Shown here: positions 57,851 to 64,000 of the stretch, one piece after another
How the letters are laid out: each line of letters begins with the position of its first letter
Numbering within the stretch: position 1 is the stretch's first letter
DNA from: Alphaproteobacteria bacterium
GTDB lineage: Bacteria; Pseudomonadota; Alphaproteobacteria; Sphingomonadales; Sphingomonadaceae
DNA: 64,000 nucleotides
Assembly: GCA_037190625.1 (NCBI GenBank)
Contig: JBBCJP010000008.1
Span: 716-64,715, forward strand
Direction: 5' to 3'
Notes under the pieces: generated by a model
What the model was told of the DNA's origin: nothing
Databases searched by the model: none
The model's input: only the letters and a program-made list of their open reading frames with translations
Program-made: the position numbers and the translations under genes

Positions 57851-59453
57851 CCGCCGTGCGGTCGTCGCCGGTCTCGGATTGGCCGGCGCGGTCGCGGCGG
57901 TGGGCCTGGGCTGGCGCGCGACACGCCCCGCGCCGCCCGTCACGACGCTGGCCGGTGCCGACATGGAACGCGGCCATCGCCTGCGAGACGGCGATTTCCC
58001 GGAGCCGTCCGAGACGGAGGAAGCGGGCGTGGTCATCGCCGGCGGCGGCGTTGCCGGGCTGACGGCGGGCTGGGCGCTGGCCGAAGCGGGGTTCGCCGAT
58101 TTCCAGTTGCTCGAGCTGGAGGATGCGGTCGGCGGCAATGCGCGCAGTGGCCGCAACGCCGTCTCCGCCTTTCCGCTCGGCGCCCATTATCTGCCCGTCG
58201 CCAATCGCGAGGCGCGGGCGCTGCGGCACCTGCTCACCCGGCTCGGCATCATCACCGGCGAGGCGGGCGGCGCACCGATCTACGATCCGCTCCAGCTCTG
58301 CGCCGATCTGCAGGAACGGTTGCTCTGGCGGGGAAGCTGGCAGGAGGGCCTGATCCCCCGCACCGGGCTGGAGCTGCGCGATGAAGAACATCTCGCCGCC
58401 TTCGATGCCGCAATGCGCGCTTTCTCCGCCCGCATCGGCGCGGACGGCAAGCCGGCCTTCGCGACGCCGCTCGCCTACAGCTCGCGCGACGCCGATCTGA
58501 TGGCGCTCGACGGAATGAGCTTTGCTTCCTGGCTGGACGAGCAGGGCTGGGACTCGCGCGTGCTGCGTGCACATGTCCGATATGGGATGCGCGACGATTA
58601 TGGCTGCGAGCCGGCCGACGTCTCGGCCTGGGCCGGCATCCATTATTATGCCGGGCGTCGCGGCTGGGCGGCGGGCGAGGCGGCGGACAATGTGCTGACC
58701 TGGCCGGAAGGAAACGACCGGCTGGCGCGCGGCATGGCGGCGCGGTTCAGCGGCCGGATCCGCGCCGGCCGCATCGTCCACCGCCTCACCCGCGAAACCT
58801 CGCACATCCTCGTCGATTCCTTCGACGTCGCCCGCCAGACCACCGTTCGCACCCGCGCCCGCGCCGCGATCCTCGCCATGCCCCGCTTCATCGCCGGCCA
58901 TGTCGCCCAGGAACTGCCGCCGGCACCCGATTTCGGCTACGCGCCCTGGCTGGTCGCCAATGTCACGGTCGATCGGTTGCCCACCGGTCGCGGCGCGCCG
59001 CTCGCCTGGGACAATGTGTCGTCGACCAGCAATTCGCTGGGCTATGTCGTCGCCACCCATCAGGGACCGGCGGCGATCCCCGGCGCCAGCGTCCTCACCT
59101 GGTATCTGCCGCTCTCCGACATGAGCCCCTCGGAAGGCCGCCGCCTGCTGATGGAGCGGTCCGCCGAGGAGTGGCGGGCGCTGGTGACCGACGATCTGCT
59201 CGCCACGAATCCCGATCTGGAGGGCGCGATCCGTTCGGTCGATCTGTGGCGTTGGGGCCATGCGATGATCCGGCCCGTGCCCGGCCTGGTCTGGGGCGCG
59301 GCCGAGGCGGCGGCGCGGGCCGAGCCCCCGCTCTTTCTCGCCCATTCCGATCTGTCCGGACTCTCGCTGTTCGAGGAGGCCCATTATCGCGGGGTGCTGG
59401 CGGCCGAAGGGGCGATGCGTCACCTCGGACATGGCTTTGAAAGCCTGCTATGA
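57840..59453 (+). CDS. FAD-dependent amine-oxidase-like oxidoreductase with RR leader
   Basis: DRRAVV twin-arginine-like leader, GGGVAGL, GGNARSG, PLGAHY, RWGHAM, AHSDLSG.SLFEEA. Confidence 0.85.
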   Translation: MRVDRRAVVAGLGLAGAVAAVGLGWRATRPAPPVTTLAGADMERGHRLRDGDFPEPSETEEAGVVIAGGGVAGLTAGWALAEAGFADFQLLELEDAVGGNARSGRNAVSAFPLGAHYLPVANREARALRHLLTRLGIITGEAGGAPIYDPLQLCADLQERLLWRGSWQEGLIPRTGLELRDEEHLAAFDAAMRAFSARIGADGKPAFATPLAYSSRDADLMALDGMSFASWLDEQGWDSRVLRAHVRYGMRDDYGCEPADVSAWAGIHYYAGRRGWAAGEAADNVLTWPEGNDRLARGMAARFSGRIRAGRIVHRLTRETSHILVDSFDVARQTTVRTRARAAILAMPRFIAGHVAQELPPAPDFGYAPWLVANVTVDRLPTGRGAPLAWDNVSSTSNSLGYVVATHQGPAAIPGASVLTWYLPLSDMSPSEGRRLLMERSAEEWRALVTDDLLATNPDLEGAIRSVDLWRWGHAMIRPVPGLVWGAAEAAARAEPPLFLAHSDLSGLSLFEEAHYRGVLAAEGAMRHLGHGFESLL

Positions 59454-59818
59454 ACGCCGCGATGAATCAGGGGCGCCATCTCATCGCCGATCTCCACGGA
59501 TGCTCGGGACTCGACGATATCGACCTTATCGAGGCCGCTTTGACCGACGCGGCGGTGGCGGCGGGCGCGACATTGCTGGAGATAAGGCTGCACGATTTCG
59601 GCGAGGGCCAGGGCGTCACTGGCGTTGCCCTGCTCGCCGAATCACACATCTCGATCCACTCCTGGCCCGAACATGGCTATGCCGCGATCGACATCTTCCT
59701 GTGCGCCGAATGGCATGACGTGGAGGCGGGGCTGGCGGTGATCTCAGCCGCCCTGCGCGCCGAGAGGATCGACAAGCAGCTGATCGCGCGCGGCGCGATG
59801 GCGACCGCGCCGGCGTGA
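59450..59818 (+). CDS. speD: S-adenosylmethionine decarboxylase proenzyme
   Basis: GRHLIADL, GVTGVALLAESHISIHSWPE.GYAAIDIFLC (ES self-cleavage site). Confidence 0.93.
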   Translation: MNAAMNQGRHLIADLHGCSGLDDIDLIEAALTDAAVAAGATLLEIRLHDFGEGQGVTGVALLAESHISIHSWPEHGYAAIDIFLCAEWHDVEAGLAVISAALRAERIDKQLIARGAMATAPA

Positions 59819-59908
59819 TGGACAGGGCGGGGCACGCGGGCTAAGGGCGACACCGCTCCGCCGGCTTGGGGGTGTCGGCGCAACGATCGCGCGACCTTGG
59901 AGTGTTCG

Positions 59909-60406
59909 ATGAAAGGTGGCCTGGAGGCCGTCTTCCTGGAAAACCGGATGACGTTGCTGCGCTTCCTGCGCGCGCGCGGGGCCGGCGACGCGGCCGAGGA
60001 TTTTCTGCAGGAGGTGTGGATCAAGGCGTCGGCCGGTGCGTCCGGCCCGATCGCTGAGCCGCTCGCCTATCTCTACCGCACCGCCAACAATGTGATGCTG
60101 GATCGCCGCCGCGCCGAAGTCCGCGCAACGCGGCGCGACACCGCCTGGAGCGAGATGGCGGGTGATACTGCGCCGGCGCAAAGCGAGACGCAGCTGATCG
60201 CGCGCGAGCGGCTGGCGGCGGTGGAAACCGTGCTGGCCGCGCTGGGCGATCGCACCGATGCGATCTTCCGTCGCTATCGGTTGGACGGCGTCAGCCAGCG
60301 CGATGTCGCCGCCGAATTCGGGATCAGTCTGTCGGCGGTCGAGAAGCATCTACAAAAGGCCTATCGCGCGCTGGCCGATTTGCGGGAGCGGCTCGATGCG
60401 GAATGA
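59909..60406 (+). CDS. FecI-like ECF sigma factor
   Basis: AEDFLQEVW, AYLYRTANNVMLD, IFRRYRLDG.SQRDVA..FGIS.SAVEKH. Confidence 0.9.
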   Translation: MKGGLEAVFLENRMTLLRFLRARGAGDAAEDFLQEVWIKASAGASGPIAEPLAYLYRTANNVMLDRRRAEVRATRRDTAWSEMAGDTAPAQSETQLIARERLAAVETVLAALGDRTDAIFRRYRLDGVSQRDVAAEFGISLSAVEKHLQKAYRALADLRERLDAE

Positions 60407-60424
60407 CCGGGGCGGCGGCGTCAT
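60397..60424 (+). promoter_or_regulatory. Candidate ECF promoter, copy 1 (before fecR-like gene)
   Basis: TGCGGA-N16-CGTCAT. Confidence 0.4.
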
Positions 60425-60443
60425 GCTGCGGGAAGGGCTGTAG

Positions 60444-61388
60444 ATGGCGTATGTGACGGACGAGATCAGGGATGCGGCGGCGGCATGGCATGTCCGGCTG
60501 GGTGGCGATGCCGCGTCCGCCGACTGGGCGGCCTTCACCGCCTGGCTGGAGGCCGATCCGGCGCATGCGCAAGCCTATGACCTGGTAGCGGTCGCCGACG
60601 CCGAGCTCGACGATCTGCCGCTCACGCCCGCGCCGCCGACACCCGCTTATGCCGAACCGCGCCGGCCGAGCCGTCGCGCTTTCCTGGGCTGGGGCGGGGC
60701 GGCGATCGCGGCTGCCGCGGTCGGCGCGATCACCTTGATGCCCGCCGGCGGCACCTACGAAATCGTCACCGCGCCCGGCGAGCGCCGCGTCATCGCACTC
60801 GATGAAGGCAGCCGGATCGAGATCAATGGGGATAGCCGGCTGGTGCTCGACCGTGGCGATGCGCGGTTCGCCCGGGTCGAGCGGGGCGAGGCCCTGTTCA
60901 CCGTCGTCCATGACGATGCGCGCCCGTTCCGTGTCGAAGCGGGCGCAGCGCGGCTGATCGATCTGGGCACGATCTTCAACGTCATCCAAGACGGCGACCG
61001 CACCGAAGTCGCCGTTTCGGAGGGCGAGGTGGAATGGCGTCGCGCCAATGCGCGGGTGAACCTGACGCCCGGCATGGCGCTTAGCCAGCGCGGCACGGAG
61101 GATCCGGTCGTGACCCGCCCGGCCATCGAATCGATCGGTGGCTGGCGGGAGGGCAGGCTAAGCTATTCGGCGGCGCGCTATGATGCGGTTGCGGCTGATC
61201 TGTCGCGCAATCTCGGCGCGCGGGTGTCGCTGGACGATGCGGCCGCCGCGCGCCGGTTCAGCGGCGTGATCGTGATCGATCGCGATCCGGGCGTGACGCT
61301 CGACCGCGCCGGCGCGCTGCTTGAGCTTGGCGCCCGGCGCGAAGGCGACGGCTGGCGATTGACGGTGGAGCGCGGTGCGCGGCGCTAG
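60444..61388 (+). CDS. FecR-like anti-sigma / signal transducer
   Basis: AAAWHVRL..F.AWL..DPAH..AY, TAPGERR...LDEGS.I..N, GEALFTV.HD..RPF.V, WREGRL. Confidence 0.92.
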   Translation: MAYVTDEIRDAAAAWHVRLGGDAASADWAAFTAWLEADPAHAQAYDLVAVADAELDDLPLTPAPPTPAYAEPRRPSRRAFLGWGGAAIAAAAVGAITLMPAGGTYEIVTAPGERRVIALDEGSRIEINGDSRLVLDRGDARFARVERGEALFTVVHDDARPFRVEAGAARLIDLGTIFNVIQDGDRTEVAVSEGEVEWRRANARVNLTPGMALSQRGTEDPVVTRPAIESIGGWREGRLSYSAARYDAVAADLSRNLGARVSLDDAAAARRFSGVIVIDRDPGVTLDRAGALLELGARREGDGWRLTVERGARR

Positions 61389-63807
61389 CCTGATCCTGCC
61401 CGCCGCGATCCTGGTCTGCGCTGCGTCCGCGGAAGCTTCGTCGCGCCACCATATCGATCTGCCCGCCGGCCGCCTCGGCGACGCGCTGGTGGCGCTGGGC
61501 CAGCAGGCCGGGATCAGCGTGGGCGTGGCCGATGCAGCCCTTGCCGATCGCCGCGTCGCGCGGCTGCGCGGCCGGATGACGGTCAACGACGCGCTCGAGC
61601 GGTTGACCCGGGGAACCGGTGCGCGCGCCGTCGCCACCGATGCCCGCACCTGGCGCGTCGTGCGCGCTCCGGCGCCGCGTTACGCCGCCCGGCCGCAGCG
61701 CCGGACGCCGCCGCCACCGCAGCCCCGCTTGGAGGAGATCGAACAGGCGGACATCGTCATCACCGCGTCCAAGCGCGCCTTCCGCCTTGCCTCCTTTCCC
61801 GGCTCCGTGATGTTCGCATCCGGCGAGGATCCGATGGCCGCCGCGCATGGGCGCGGCACGGAGGGGCTGGTCGCGACCTTGCCCGGCCTCAACTCCACTC
61901 ATCTCGGCACCGGTCGCAACAAGCTGTTCATCCGCGGCATCGCCGATTCGAGCTTCAACGGCCCGACCCAGGCGACGGTCGGACAATATCTCGGCGAGAC
62001 GCGGCTGAACTACAACACGCCGGACCCGAACCTGCACCTGCACGATATCGACCGGATCGAAGTGCTGCCGGGGCCGCAGGGCACGCTCTACGGTGCCGGC
62101 TCGCTCGGCGGCATCCTGCGCATCGTTCCTAATGCGCCGCGCATGGGCATCGTCCAGGGCTCGGTGTCGATCGGCGCCGCCTTCACCCAGCATGGCGATC
62201 CTGGCGGCGAGGCGGCGGCGGTGCTGAACCTGCCGATCGGCGAAGCGCTGGCATTGCGCGTCGTCGGCTATGGCGCGCGCGAGGGCGGCTATATCGACGA
62301 CAGCCTGCGTGGGCTCGACGACGTCAATCGCACCGATATCCAGGGCGGCCGTGCTCGGCTGCGGGCCGAGGTTGGCGACTGGGCGATCGGCCTGGGCGTC
62401 GCCGGTCAGCGCATCCGGGGCAGGGATGGCCAGTTCGCCGATCGCGACGCCCCGCCGCTGACCCGCGCCAGCCCGATCGCCGAGGATTATTCGAACGACT
62501 ATCTTCTCGGCGACATCGTGGTGGAACGCGACTGGGGCAATGGCCTGCGTTTCGTCTCGACCGCGGGCATGGTTCGCCAGACGCTCGACGAACGTTACGA
62601 TTCCACCCGGCCGGGCGGCCCGGTCACCGCCTATCACCAGACGAATCGCCTCACCCTCCTGTCCGCAGAAAGCCGGCTGTCGCGCTCCGGCCGGGATGGC
62701 ACGGGCTGGTTGATCGGCGCCAGCTTCATCTCCAACCGCTCGGAGATTTCGCGGGCATTGGGCAATCCCGATGCGCCTGCGCCGATCGCCGGAGTGCGCA
62801 ACAGCGTCGACGAGATCACCGCCTTCGGCGAGGCCACGATCGGTATCCGTGACGGCATCACCGCGACGTTTGGCGGCCGGCTCACCCACAGCCGCCTGTC
62901 GGGCGGTGTGCTCGACGCTCCGATGACCTTCCTCGCGATGCTGCGCGAATTGCGCGCGCAGCGCGACGAGACGGTCTTTCTGCCCTCGGTCGCGCTCGCC
63001 GCGCGGGCGAATGACGATCTGCTCCTCTTCGCCCGCTACCAGCAGGGCTTCCGGCCCGGCGGGCTCGCGGTCACCTCGCCCTTCATCGCCCGGCTGGTGA
63101 ACGGCGCGGTCGTGACGACGGAATCGATCGAGCCACTGCCCGCCGGCGCGATCGCGGTCGGCCGTTTCGAGAATGATCGCGTAGCGACGATGGAGGCGGG
63201 CCTGCGTCATGGCGCGCCCGGCATGGGCCGCTTCGATCTCGCCGTCGCCTTGGCCTATACGCGCTGGACCGATATCCAGGCCGATATCGTCAATCCGTTC
63301 GGTTTCCAGACCACGTCCAACATTGGCGATGGGCGGATCTTCACGCTCGATCTGCAGGTGGGCTGGCGCCCCGTGCCGGGCCTCAATCTCGAGGCGGCAA
63401 TCGTGCTCAATGACAGCCTGGTCACCAATCCGGCGCCCAGCATCGTCATCACCCCGCGCGCGCCTCTGCCCAATGTCGCGCGGGTCAATTTCCATCTGGG
63501 CGCGGATTACAGCGTCGAGATCGCGCCGGACGCGGCGCTGCGGCTGTGGAGCTCGGCCCGCTATGCCGGGACGTCTCGGCTTGGCATCGGCCCGATCCTG
63601 GGCGAGGAGCAGGGCGACTGGGTCGATATCGGCGCCGGCGCGCGGCTCGAACGCGGCCGCCATGCCCTTACCTTGGGCATGACCAATATCCTCGATGCGG
63701 AGGGCAACCGGTTCGCGATGGGGTCGCCCTTCACGCTGGCGCTGCGCCGCCAGATCACGCCGCTGCGCCCGCGCACGCTGCGCGTCGGCTGGGAAGTGCG
63801 TTTCTAG
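61375..63807 (+). CDS. TonB-dependent receptor with N-terminal signalling (STN) domain
   Basis: Signal peptide, IDLPAG.L..AL..LGQQAG STN domain, IVITASKR TonB-box region, DIDRIEVLPGPQGTLYG, C-terminal F. Confidence 0.93.
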   Translation: MRGASLILPAAILVCAASAEASSRHHIDLPAGRLGDALVALGQQAGISVGVADAALADRRVARLRGRMTVNDALERLTRGTGARAVATDARTWRVVRAPAPRYAARPQRRTPPPPQPRLEEIEQADIVITASKRAFRLASFPGSVMFASGEDPMAAAHGRGTEGLVATLPGLNSTHLGTGRNKLFIRGIADSSFNGPTQATVGQYLGETRLNYNTPDPNLHLHDIDRIEVLPGPQGTLYGAGSLGGILRIVPNAPRMGIVQGSVSIGAAFTQHGDPGGEAAAVLNLPIGEALALRVVGYGAREGGYIDDSLRGLDDVNRTDIQGGRARLRAEVGDWAIGLGVAGQRIRGRDGQFADRDAPPLTRASPIAEDYSNDYLLGDIVVERDWGNGLRFVSTAGMVRQTLDERYDSTRPGGPVTAYHQTNRLTLLSAESRLSRSGRDGTGWLIGASFISNRSEISRALGNPDAPAPIAGVRNSVDEITAFGEATIGIRDGITATFGGRLTHSRLSGGVLDAPMTFLAMLRELRAQRDETVFLPSVALAARANDDLLLFARYQQGFRPGGLAVTSPFIARLVNGAVVTTESIEPLPAGAIAVGRFENDRVATMEAGLRHGAPGMGRFDLAVALAYTRWTDIQADIVNPFGFQTTSNIGDGRIFTLDLQVGWRPVPGLNLEAAIVLNDSLVTNPAPSIVITPRAPLPNVARVNFHLGADYSVEIAPDAALRLWSSARYAGTSRLGIGPILGEEQGDWVDIGAGARLERGRHALTLGMTNILDAEGNRFAMGSPFTLALRRQITPLRPRTLRVGWEVRF

Positions 63808-63835
63808 CCTTATTCCGAAAAATTCGATCGCCAGG

Positions 63836-63863
63836 TGCGGGTCCCGGGGCGCGGTGGCGTCAA
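63836..63863 (+). promoter_or_regulatory. Candidate ECF promoter, copy 2 (before the next gene)
   Basis: TGCGGG-N16-CGTCAA. Confidence 0.4.
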
Positions 63864-63945
63864 TGCGGGCAGAGAGCGGCGCCCGACTCCCCCCACCCCG
63901 CGGCGTCGCTCTCCCCCATTCACGGTTCGAGGAACGATTGTGTCG

Positions 63946-64000
63946 ATGCGTCTTCTGCTTGCCTGCACCTGCCTTACGCCCATCGCTATCTTCGCCAGCG
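63946..64000 (+). CDS. 5' end of a secreted protein (runs off window)
   Basis: MRLLLACTCLTPIAIFAS signal-peptide-like start after GAGGA. Confidence 0.55.
   Translation, partial: MRLLLACTCLTPIAIFAS

Overview
64-kb chromosomal segment of a high-GC alphaproteobacterium, most likely Sphingomonadaceae (inferred from gene content and order, and from the intergenic palindromic repeats). The left 44 kb is mostly core genome: lolA(partial)-ftsK, a UbiH-family hydroxylase, cnoX/LON-domain/Trm112, tRNA-Gly, hemC-hemD-mic60, tsaD-gpsA, htpX-rsmB-like-rpe-heparinase-like-purH, polA, nadB, tldD, recQ, an Atm1-like ABC exporter, a TonB receptor, and nrdA-nrdB. Small accessory inserts interrupt it: a DUF5678-like/retropepsin gene pair between ftsK and lolA, a GIY-YIG gene enclosed by inverted CGTC repeats, and a sigma54-driven small protein + PspC unit. 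Right of nrdB lies a variable region. It holds an AT-rich stand-alone reverse transcriptase resembling the anti-phage DRT4 family, a SEC-C gene whose expected product appears only with two successive +1 shifts at TTT-C, one intact and one catalytically degenerate thermonuclease, a lipase, an orphan exbD, and an 8-gene SPFH/DUF4178/DUF350/aminopropyltransferase/FAD-oxidase/SpeD operon. A FecI/FecR/TonB-receptor signalling module ends the window. No CRISPR array, rRNA, integrase or transposase was seen. All family calls come from motif recognition and memory; no database search was run.
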